Positions 9,182 through 17,295 of a DNA stretch of 64,000 nucleotides are shown one piece after another. The stretch is from Waddliaceae bacterium. Its GTDB lineage: Bacteria; Chlamydiota; Chlamydiia; Chlamydiales; Waddliaceae. The stretch spans positions 1 to 64,000 of the forward strand of contig CAVRUH010000004.1 in the NCBI GenBank assembly GCA_963724325.1, read 5' to 3'. Each line of letters opens with the position of its first letter. Positions within the stretch are counted from its first letter, which is position 1. The notes below the pieces were generated by a model that ran no database searches, was not told the DNA's origin, and saw only the letters and a list, made by a program, of their open reading frames with translations. The translations under genes and the position numbers were made by a program.

Positions 9182-10368
9182 TCACTCCCCTCCTCTATGA
9201 CATTCACCTGAGTTAATGCATTGAAGAGATCCTGCCCATCCCAAACCGGCTCAAAGTTTAATGCTTGTCCTCGAGGAACCATTCTCGTTATCCCTTTGCC
9301 ATTTAAAACTTTTGCTAAATTTATAAGTTCTAATTTTGAAAAGCCTTCATGAACAAGGGTTTGATCTTTGTGAGTTGTAAAGGAAGCTATTTGATTTAAA
9401 TCAGTTATGGGAACATGATACAACATTCCGTATCCACAGTGTAAACGACAACTCGGCTCAGCATTTTTTAGATAGACTACACTTAATTCATTGCTAAATT
9501 GAGCCACTTTTTCAACTGGTAAATTAAGGGATTGGGAAAAAAGGAATGTTTTTTTTAAGAGGGAACCTCCTAGAGATATCTTAAAGAGGCGCTTCTCAAT
9601 TGTTTCCTGCAGCAATCTATAAAATTGACTACTTGCCAATTCTATTTCTTCTTTATCTCCCACCCAAAAAATCAAACGGGGCGAAGAGCACCCAGATTGA
9701 TCGAACCAGTAAATGTCGTTGTAAAAGTTAATGGCGACCTGTTCCATGTCAGATCTTAAATAATTTTTGGCATTTATGGCTCCATAAGAAAAACGGTCGG
9801 GAAAGGCGATGTCTATACCATCGGGTTGCAATGGAATTTTTCTTATCTTCAAAATCGTTTCATCCCCGCCCCAAATCACCCGGGCATCTGCCTTTGATGA
9901 GATCAAGGCTGTGATATCCTCTTCATGACCATACTCTATAAAAAGATTCATAGCCTTAATCGAAGCAAACTGTTTTTCATTTACTAGATCGAAGATCACT
10001 TTCAGGAGTATATCAGATCTAGCATTCTTCGTTCCTGGAATTCGAATGATATTTTCATTTCCAAGCAAAAGGGAAGTGATCCACGAATAGACTAGCATCA
10101 CATCGATATTAGCTGGAGGGATATGAAAAATTACCCCTCTAGGTACACGAAAACCCTCTTTACTTCGAAAAAAACTCTCTAATTGATTGAGGTGGCCTTT
10201 GCGCAACCAAAATGCAAGTGCAATAAAGTCAGGATTTTGCTTAGGATCGATTTCTGTAAACAAATTTTTAGACAACGACTGACAAAATAAAAGCAGTTCT
10301 GGATGAAAAGGAATATAACTTTCGGTTTTATTTTCAAAAAATGACGTTATTTTTTGCATCAAAGTCAT
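9178..10368 (-). CDS. LuxC-like acyl-CoA/acyl-protein reductase
   Basis: PRGVIFHIPPAN, VIWGGDETI, WFDQSGCSSP (catalytic Cys), WDG; start moved to the ATGA overlap with the luxE-like gene. Confidence 0.88.
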   Translation of the reverse strand: MTLMQKITSFFENKTESYIPFHPELLLFCQSLSKNLFTEIDPKQNPDFIALAFWLRKGHLNQLESFFRSKEGFRVPRGVIFHIPPANIDVMLVYSWITSLLLGNENIIRIPGTKNARSDILLKVIFDLVNEKQFASIKAMNLFIEYGHEEDITALISSKADARVIWGGDETILKIRKIPLQPDGIDIAFPDRFSYGAINAKNYLRSDMEQVAINFYNDIYWFDQSGCSSPRLIFWVGDKEEIELASSQFYRLLQETIEKRLFKISLGGSLLKKTFLFSQSLNLPVEKVAQFSNELSVVYLKNAEPSCRLHCGYGMLYHVPITDLNQIASFTTHKDQTLVHEGFSKLELINLAKVLNGKGITRMVPRGQALNFEPVWDGQDLFNALTQVNVIEEGSE

Positions 10369-11414
10369 GATTTCATACCCATGATTGCATATGTGTCGCT
10401 GCATCCTCTAATTTCTGCTTGCGGTGCTCGCCCAAGAACGTGGAAGAACTTCCCTTTGCGACCGCAGGAACAGTTATCAATTCCCATTAAAATCCCCAAA
10501 TCCTCAGTCAACAGGCAATGCCCAGGATAGCTGGCAGGCAGGGTGCTTAAGACCTGTATGACACCTTCTTTTTTCGATTCTTTCCAATCTGCTGGATCGC
10601 GCACGATGATATCGCCAAAGGTAGGACAATGGAAAAAACCTTCCTCACATTCAACAAAAACATTGCCCACCTGTTCTGCCATCCCATAAAAATTATGGCA
10701 ACGGGAAATCCCTGTTAATCTTTTCAATTTTTCCTTAAAAACTGAGTTGTCAATAGCCTCTTCTTGCATCTTCTTCCAGCCTCCTGTGTGCAGCAGAATG
10801 CCTTGATGCAGGTCTAAGTCATTAATCTCATTTAAAAAATGCTTCCAAATAATATAAGTCATTCCAAAAATCAATATGGGAGTGTTTTGATGATTTTGCA
10901 ACCACTCACCCAAGCCTGGTTTATTCAAGGTCATATCGTCATTGAGGGCATAAAAAATATCTCGTCCAAAGGTCATCATGCCAACGATTGCAGCGCCTCT
11001 AGCTCCGTAATTAAAGCGGTCTTTAATAACATGAGGATTGTCTATTACAATCATAGGAAGTCTTGCTTTCCCAAGAAAGGAAGCCATAATTTCTGCTAGG
11101 GCCTTAGTTTGACGCTGTGCTGTCTCTGCATCTAGAAAGATCTTGCTGGTCTGCCCAGATGTGGTCCCGCTTGATGTAAGGGTTTTAAAGATTTGCTCCC
11201 TTTTAATGCTAAGAAGATCATGCGTCTTGAATAAATTGACAGGAAGGTAAGGAATATCAGCTAGTGATTTGTATTCCTTGATGCCTCCATAAAATAAGTC
11301 AAGAATTCTGGCATATTCTGGACAGTTGATGTAATGATGATGAGACAGTTTGTTAAGCTCGTTGAGCAAAAAAAACTCTTTTTGATCCTGAGTCATTTGA
11401 TAGGGATAATTCAT
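10365..11414 (-). CDS. LuxE-like acyl-protein synthetase
   Basis: IPYLPVNLFK, TSSGTT, TGGWKK, FYGMAEQ, SYPGHCLLTEDLG, GRAPQAEIRGCSD. Confidence 0.9.
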   Translation of the reverse strand: MNYPYQMTQDQKEFFLLNELNKLSHHHYINCPEYARILDLFYGGIKEYKSLADIPYLPVNLFKTHDLLSIKREQIFKTLTSSGTTSGQTSKIFLDAETAQRQTKALAEIMASFLGKARLPMIVIDNPHVIKDRFNYGARGAAIVGMMTFGRDIFYALNDDMTLNKPGLGEWLQNHQNTPILIFGMTYIIWKHFLNEINDLDLHQGILLHTGGWKKMQEEAIDNSVFKEKLKRLTGISRCHNFYGMAEQVGNVFVECEEGFFHCPTFGDIIVRDPADWKESKKEGVIQVLSTLPASYPGHCLLTEDLGILMGIDNCSCGRKGKFFHVLGRAPQAEIRGCSDTYAIMGMKS

Positions 11415-12751
11415 CCTAACCTCATGTAATCAATTTTATCAGAGGTAGTTCTCGGTAACTTCTCAATACTTAAGCAGCGGAAAGTACTTGGATGCAAGCC
11501 GTAAATTTGTGAAAGATGCTCAATACACTCTTCAGGCTTAGCTTTCGAGCCATTTTCAACATATATTGTGATCTGTTCATCTGTTGCTGTCACAGCAATA
11601 TTTCCATAAGGGGCTAGTTCTTTTTCAATGTCATCAAGATTAATACGAAGTCCATAAACTTTTGATATGCGTTTCATACGACCGGTGACAAAGAAAATTT
11701 GATCCTGATCAAAGTACCCTAAATCTCCAGTGCGCAATGTGCCGTTAAGTTCATCACCTTTCGCAAGGTCGCTTGCTTGTTGGGCATATCCTAACATTAC
11801 ATTACTTCCCCGATAGACAATTTCTCCTGTATGTTTTGATTCTTTTACTTGATTCTCGCCATCATAGATCTTTAAGCTCCCTCCTGGAATGGGAATTCCA
11901 ATGGATCCTAACTTCTCAGGCAATAAATTGGGAGGTAAATAAGCAATTCTTGCAGTTGCTTCCGTTTGACCATACATAACGAAAAAGCGATTAACTTTTT
12001 CGTAAAATTTCACTACTAATGCAGGATCCAAATGGCCCCCAGCTTGTGTCAGCGTCTTTAAAGAAGGTAAATTCATTGTTAAAAAACCAACTCGCTCCAG
12101 TGCTTTATAAGTATAGGGGACCCCTGCAAGAGATGTGCAACTAAACTTTTTAAATATCTCCCAAAATGCATTTTGGGTCACGCTGCTTTGCGTAAGCACT
12201 ATAGATGCCCCAGCAAACAAGTGGCTATGCAATACTGAAAGACCATACGAGTAATGAAATGGAAGGCTTGCTATGGCCCTTTCAGATGAATCTATGTTGA
12301 GATATGCAATAATGGCCTGACTATTTGAGAGGATATTTTCTTTTGAAAGACGGATTAGTTTTGGACTGCCTGTAGTTCCTGAAGTCGATAGCATCAGTTG
12401 CAATTTATTATGTAATTTAGTTGACCCTTCTCCTCTTAACTTATAAATCCCAGGTGAAAGGGCATCATACCCTTCCCAGTCTAATTCATCTGAAAAAATA
12501 TAATCGGGCAGATAAACTCTCACAAGATTTTTTTTTAACGATTCATGCATGAATCCATCGAGAAGTGAAACGACGTTGCCGCAATGAACAGCGCTCAGGT
12601 ATGCGATGGTATCTTCCATTCGATTTTTGTTAAAAATAAAAATATGAGATCTTTTTTTTATTGAAAATTTTTCTGCGGCATTATTCAAGTCCCGGTAAGT
12701 GACAATACGGCCGCTTTCCCCATCTATTAAAGCGGGATTATCGTTAAACAA
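11411..12751 (-). CDS. AMP-binding (adenylate-forming) acyl ligase
   Basis: STSGTTGSPK, LPFHYSYG, MYGQTEAT, TGDLG, GR, KIDY. Confidence 0.9.
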   Translation of the reverse strand: MFNDNPALIDGESGRIVTYRDLNNAAEKFSIKKRSHIFIFNKNRMEDTIAYLSAVHCGNVVSLLDGFMHESLKKNLVRVYLPDYIFSDELDWEGYDALSPGIYKLRGEGSTKLHNKLQLMLSTSGTTGSPKLIRLSKENILSNSQAIIAYLNIDSSERAIASLPFHYSYGLSVLHSHLFAGASIVLTQSSVTQNAFWEIFKKFSCTSLAGVPYTYKALERVGFLTMNLPSLKTLTQAGGHLDPALVVKFYEKVNRFFVMYGQTEATARIAYLPPNLLPEKLGSIGIPIPGGSLKIYDGENQVKESKHTGEIVYRGSNVMLGYAQQASDLAKGDELNGTLRTGDLGYFDQDQIFFVTGRMKRISKVYGLRINLDDIEKELAPYGNIAVTATDEQITIYVENGSKAKPEECIEHLSQIYGLHPSTFRCLSIEKLPRTTSDKIDYMRLG

Positions 12752-13487
12752 TCATACCTCCATCTACTCCCAGAATTTGGCCCGTGACGTATGTTGACAT
12801 GGGGCCCGCAAAAAACAAAATAGCTGATGCGACTTCGCTCGGATCTCCTATTCTATTCATTTGGATTGAATCAACAATGTCTTTAGATAGAGATGCAGTA
12901 AGGTCGGTGTTGATAAAGCCAGGAGCGACGCAATTAACCCTGATTCCATAAGGGGCAAGCTCCTTGGCCGCTGACTTAGTCATGCCAATGACTGCAGCTT
13001 TTGTGGCAGAATAGACCACTTGACCAGCAGAACCCTGCACTCCGACAATTGAGGATATATTGATAATCGAACCGCTTTTCTTACGCATCATTAAACGGGC
13101 TGCAGCTTGCATGCTGAGAATGCCTGAAAGAACATTCAAGTTAAAAGAGCTAGAAATAACTTCATCTGAAATCATCCCTAAAAGAGCAGGTCTCATAATG
13201 CCTGCGTTATTGACAACGATGTCAACTTTGCCATACTTTTGTGAAATTTCTTTATAGCAATTGACAACCTGTTTTGAGTCAGCAAAATCAGCAAAAAAAC
13301 TGGAAGCTTCAGTACCATAATTTTCTTTTAGAAATTCTACCCTTTCTTTGAGAAGATTTGGATCTGAATGACCATTAAGGATGACTATAGCACCTTCAGA
13401 GGCAAAGAGTTGCGCTGTGCTCCAGCCTATTCCTTTGGTTGAGCCAGTTATAAATGCTATTTTGTCTTTAAGAGAGTGTGGGGACAT
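12744..13487 (-). CDS. SDR oxidoreductase, 3-oxoacyl-ACP reductase-like
   Basis: TGSTKGIG, NNAG, YSATK, VAPGFINT. Confidence 0.9.
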   Translation of the reverse strand: MSPHSLKDKIAFITGSTKGIGWSTAQLFASEGAIVILNGHSDPNLLKERVEFLKENYGTEASSFFADFADSKQVVNCYKEISQKYGKVDIVVNNAGIMRPALLGMISDEVISSSFNLNVLSGILSMQAAARLMMRKKSGSIINISSIVGVQGSAGQVVYSATKAAVIGMTKSAAKELAPYGIRVNCVAPGFINTDLTASLSKDIVDSIQMNRIGDPSEVASAILFFAGPMSTYVTGQILGVDGGMIV

Positions 13488-13719
13488 ATTTTCTCACAAT
13501 TTCAACTGCCTTGTGATAAGAGCTCATGTCTAAAACATCTATAGTTTCGATCATGATGCCAAATTCATCTTCAATAGCAGCGATGAGATGTAAATGAGCT
13601 ATTGAATCCCACTCACTTGATTTAGCAAATTCCAATTTTGTGTAATTAATTCCGGATGAAAGACTTAATCCCATCTCGAATGCTTTTTGAAGTTTTGATT
13701 CTAAATTAGATTCTTCCAC
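13468..13719 (-). CDS. acyl carrier protein
   Basis: 83 aa, acidic, WDSIAH phosphopantetheine-Ser motif, IEDEFGI. Confidence 0.88.
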   Translation of the reverse strand: MEESNLESKLQKAFEMGLSLSSGINYTKLEFAKSSEWDSIAHLHLIAAIEDEFGIMIETIDVLDMSSYHKAVEIVRKYVPTLS

Positions 13720-13812
13720 GGTTTACCAATCTTTCGCTAAAATAATTTCACCCTATCAAAAGAAGCAACAAAGATCAAGCGAATTTATCTATTGAGAAAT
13801 GACTGAATACTC

Positions 13813-13841
13813 TTGACTTCTGATCACCTCGAAGTTAGGAT
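13813..13841 (+). promoter_or_regulatory. sigma70/sigma66-type promoter of the yhcG-like gene
   Basis: TTGACT-N17-TAGGAT. Confidence 0.4.
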
Positions 13842-13874
13842 AGAAGACTTAAAAGTCTACGGATTGAGGACGAA

Positions 13875-14963
13875 ATGCCAAAGGGAAAGAAAAATCTTCC
13901 AGTAAAGATAGAAGAACAAAAGATGTTTTCAAATAAAGAATACACATCCACTTTGACAGAACTTAAGAAAACAATCCACGAATGCCAGCTTAAAGCGATA
14001 ACAGCAGTCAATAAAGAATTGGTTCGGCTGTATTGGTCGATCGGGAAAACCATCGTAGAGAAACAAAAAATAAGTGGATGGGGAAGTAATTTCATCGAAA
14101 AACTTGCCAAAGACTTACAAAATGAATTCACTGGAGTTGAAGGTTTCTCGAGAGCAAATGTGTTCCGAATGAAGGCATTTTTCCTCTCCTACGAAAAAGT
14201 CGCACATGCTGTGCGACTTTTTGAATCCCTCCCAATTTCGGAGATTCCATGGGGGCATAACATCCTTCTCATGCAAAAACTTAAAAATGATGGCGAACGT
14301 CTTTGGTATGCAGCGAAATCAATTGAACATGGATGGAGCCGTAAAACTCTGAATACCTGGATAGAATCTGATCTCTATCATCGAGAAGGAAAAGCAATCA
14401 CAAATTTCAAGACTACTCTCCCTTTGCCACAGTCTGACCTAGCGCAGCAAGTCCTAAAAGATCCTTATCTCTTTGACTTCCTTACTTTGCATGAAAATCA
14501 CCTAGAAGAAGACTTAGAAGATGGCCTGGTAAAACATATTCAAAAGTTCCTAATTGAGCTTGGACAGGGATTCGCCTTTATGGGCCGACAATATCCGATT
14601 GTAGTCGATGGGGATACATCGTATATCGATTTGCTCTTTTTTCACGTTAAGCTTAGAGCCTTCATCGTTATTGAGCTGAAAGCTAGAGCCTTCAAACCTG
14701 AGGATGCTGGCAAGCTAAATTATTATCTTTCAGCTGTGGACGACACACTAAAACAGCCAAGCGATAATCCGACAATAGGCATCCTCTTATGCCAAACAAA
14801 AAATAAAGTCAAAGCTGAATATGCTTTTAGGTATATTAACAGACCTATGGCAGCAGTAGAATATGAAACAATGTTGACGAAGGCCGTGCCAGAAGAGCTA
14901 AAGTCCAGTCTTCCCACCATCAAGGAAATCGAAGAGGAATTAGAAAAGGACATCAAAGGTTAA
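13875..14963 (+). CDS. YhcG/DUF1016 family PD-(D/E)XK nuclease-like protein
   Basis: LYWSIG, GFSRAN, IPWGHN, KDPYLFDFL, ELGQGFAF, IDLLF, IELK, PTIGILLC. Confidence 0.92.
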   Translation: MPKGKKNLPVKIEEQKMFSNKEYTSTLTELKKTIHECQLKAITAVNKELVRLYWSIGKTIVEKQKISGWGSNFIEKLAKDLQNEFTGVEGFSRANVFRMKAFFLSYEKVAHAVRLFESLPISEIPWGHNILLMQKLKNDGERLWYAAKSIEHGWSRKTLNTWIESDLYHREGKAITNFKTTLPLPQSDLAQQVLKDPYLFDFLTLHENHLEEDLEDGLVKHIQKFLIELGQGFAFMGRQYPIVVDGDTSYIDLLFFHVKLRAFIVIELKARAFKPEDAGKLNYYLSAVDDTLKQPSDNPTIGILLCQTKNKVKAEYAFRYINRPMAAVEYETMLTKAVPEELKSSLPTIKEIEEELEKDIKG

Positions 14964-14990
14964 CTCTGAAAAGTAGTCAGGGTTCACTCT

Positions 14991-15437
14991 TCACGAAGCG
15001 TATTTACTAGGAGGGCCATCTATTGAGAACTTACCCGGGCCGAAGCAGAGCACCACCAGGCAGGCTAAAAGATAGTTAAATGGCAACTGATTGATCAGTC
15101 TTTGCGGATTTTGAAATACAGCAAATGTTTCCGAGTGGTGCGCGGTCAATAGCGCCACAATCATTATAAGAGCAAGAGGAATCGCCACGGTTCTTGAAAA
15201 AAGCCCCAACAACAAACAAACCCCGCCAACACTTTCAACAAAGGCCACAAGATAGGCACTAAAAAGCGGAAATGGAATCTCAACAGATCCAAAAAACTCA
15301 GATACAAGGGGAATATTTCCAAATTTACTCACTCCTGCAACCAAAAAATGCCATCCCCAATAAAGACGCATCGCAAGAAGCAAATAATCCTTCAAGAAAT
15401 CACCCATAACCTCCCCTGCTCTAGCCACCCTAATCAT
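14991..15437 (-). CDS. DoxX family membrane protein
   Basis: Four hydrophobic segments, G...K, E..GG..LLLGL.SR, GPGKFSID. Confidence 0.85.
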   Translation of the reverse strand: MIRVARAGEVMGDFLKDYLLLAMRLYWGWHFLVAGVSKFGNIPLVSEFFGSVEIPFPLFSAYLVAFVESVGGVCLLLGLFSRTVAIPLALIMIVALLTAHHSETFAVFQNPQRLINQLPFNYLLACLVVLCFGPGKFSIDGPPSKYAS

Positions 15438-17256
15438 CCATTTCCTCCTTCATTTTTCCGGAATCCAAAGAAACCTCCATTGGTATCTTTTCTGGAATTA
15501 TACTTATCATATCCTTGATTTTTTGTTCCACCCAAGGAAGCAAAATCCATTGCAAAAAGATGAGATCCTTTTTGTCCGTCCCACGCAATCTTGAAAGTCT
15601 ATTGCGCTCAGCCTGCAAAAGACGCTGCTTTTTGATCAATTCTTTAATCTTCAAAGCCAAAATGACATCCTTATCGCCTTTAAGATCATTATATTCTTGA
15701 TGGATTTTTCTTACATCATCCCCGAGTTCTTTGATATTGTCATGATCCGAATCCAAAGCTTCCTGATATGCCTCTCTAGCCCTTTCTAGCTCCCCCTTTT
15801 TCAACTTCAATTCCATGTCAGGATTCCACTCGCGAACTTTTTCAATTGCTTTATTCAAAGTGTCAATAGCAGTGCTTGGTTGAGACTGATTCTTAGTCTG
15901 CTCCCAAATGGATTGAGCAAGGCCTTCTTGAAAACGGTAATTTTTTGTTTTCATTAGATTATCCAAAATCCTAATCGTTTCGCTCTCATTAGTCGCTTCA
16001 ACTTCAATCTTTCTAAAACGACGAGCCATTCCCTCAACTTGCAATATTTTGTTTTCATATTCATCCGCAGTTGCAATGGTAATCATCTGGATTCCACCGC
16101 CCTCAACCAAGGGTTTGATGAGCCCGGTGATATTTGCCTTGCTATTTGTTGCAGCGTCACCGAATTCATCCATAAATAGCACAACCTCTTTCTCATGCCC
16201 CTTGATTTCAATGAGAATCATTTTCAAAGCATTCTGAATAGAATATCCTCCCGTAACTTCTGTCGAATCAATAGCAAAAATCTTCTTATGGGGATATTTA
16301 GCTGCAACGGCCCTAACAAGAGACGATTTGCCTACTCCGGATTCACCCACTAAGATAACACTCCCGTGATCATTGGGTCCTCCCAAATCAGCAATGACTT
16401 CATTAATTAAACGCTCTCTTCCAATGACTGGATCCGTTTTTCCATCTTTGACTTCCTGGGTTAAATTTTTACAAAAGGAAAGTTGATTCGGACAGGGACG
16501 GAATTTTAAATAGAGACTTATAAGGACTACCAATGCAATCACAGCAAGAGCTGTAATACCCATAGCAACCAAGGGAATTGCTATAAAAAAACCTACAATG
16601 AGGAAAATGGCGAATGGAATCATAAACATTTTATAATAAATTTCAAGCATCGCTGCGAAATCCCATATGGTCTGAGGTCCTTTACCCACATCAATCAAGC
16701 TGAAAGCTTTGAGGACAGTATCCATGAAGTTAGGGAAAAACCGCAGAACCACTTGAAGGGTTTTTGCAATTTTGCTAGGAATGGTGACTGACAAAGATCG
16801 AACCTTTGGAAGGCACTTTGTAGAAAAGTCCATCATAATATCGTTGAATTTGTCTTCATTTTGCAGCATCGTCCTCAACTTGCTTTCTTCAAAATAGCCA
16901 GAGAGTTTTTCATAGTTCATATTTGAAGACTCAAACATTTTATCGAACATTTTGGCAGCAAATTCTTTGTCGTATTGCATGTGCCGTTTTATAAGATGCC
17001 CTTGATAAGAAAATGGGTTGGTAGTGCAAGCCAGAGAAACTAGTTTATCGATGTCATCATCTCCATTGATATGAGACTGTTTCAAAAATTCTATTGTCGG
17101 AGACTCTCCAACGAATTTTGCCTTAAAATTAACCCACGCCTCTTGAGAACGTACTTGCAAATTGCTTATCCATTGACGAAAATTTACTTTTGGAACAACC
17201 GGCGGTGTCCAAACGGTAGGTAATGCGGTACTGGGATTAACGTTAATTGCGTTCAT
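15430..17256 (-). CDS. membrane-anchored protein with a single ClpB/ClpA NBD1-like AAA+ domain and coiled-coil tail
   Basis: About 40-aa hydrophobic stretch, then DPVIGRE, GESGVGKS, LFMDE, ARRF. Confidence 0.75.
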   Translation of the reverse strand: MNAINVNPSTALPTVWTPPVVPKVNFRQWISNLQVRSQEAWVNFKAKFVGESPTIEFLKQSHINGDDDIDKLVSLACTTNPFSYQGHLIKRHMQYDKEFAAKMFDKMFESSNMNYEKLSGYFEESKLRTMLQNEDKFNDIMMDFSTKCLPKVRSLSVTIPSKIAKTLQVVLRFFPNFMDTVLKAFSLIDVGKGPQTIWDFAAMLEIYYKMFMIPFAIFLIVGFFIAIPLVAMGITALAVIALVVLISLYLKFRPCPNQLSFCKNLTQEVKDGKTDPVIGRERLINEVIADLGGPNDHGSVILVGESGVGKSSLVRAVAAKYPHKKIFAIDSTEVTGGYSIQNALKMILIEIKGHEKEVVLFMDEFGDAATNSKANITGLIKPLVEGGGIQMITIATADEYENKILQVEGMARRFRKIEVEATNESETIRILDNLMKTKNYRFQEGLAQSIWEQTKNQSQPSTAIDTLNKAIEKVREWNPDMELKLKKGELERAREAYQEALDSDHDNIKELGDDVRKIHQEYNDLKGDKDVILALKIKELIKKQRLLQAERNRLSRLRGTDKKDLIFLQWILLPWVEQKIKDMISIIPEKIPMEVSLDSGKMKEEMDD

Positions 17257-17295
17257 AATTTTCTCCTAAAAGCGACAAAGATACCACAATCCCGA

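Noticed and set aside
9178..11414. Bioluminescence (lux) operon
   Set aside because: Only luxC- and luxE-like genes are present; no luxA, luxB, luxD or luxG in the window.
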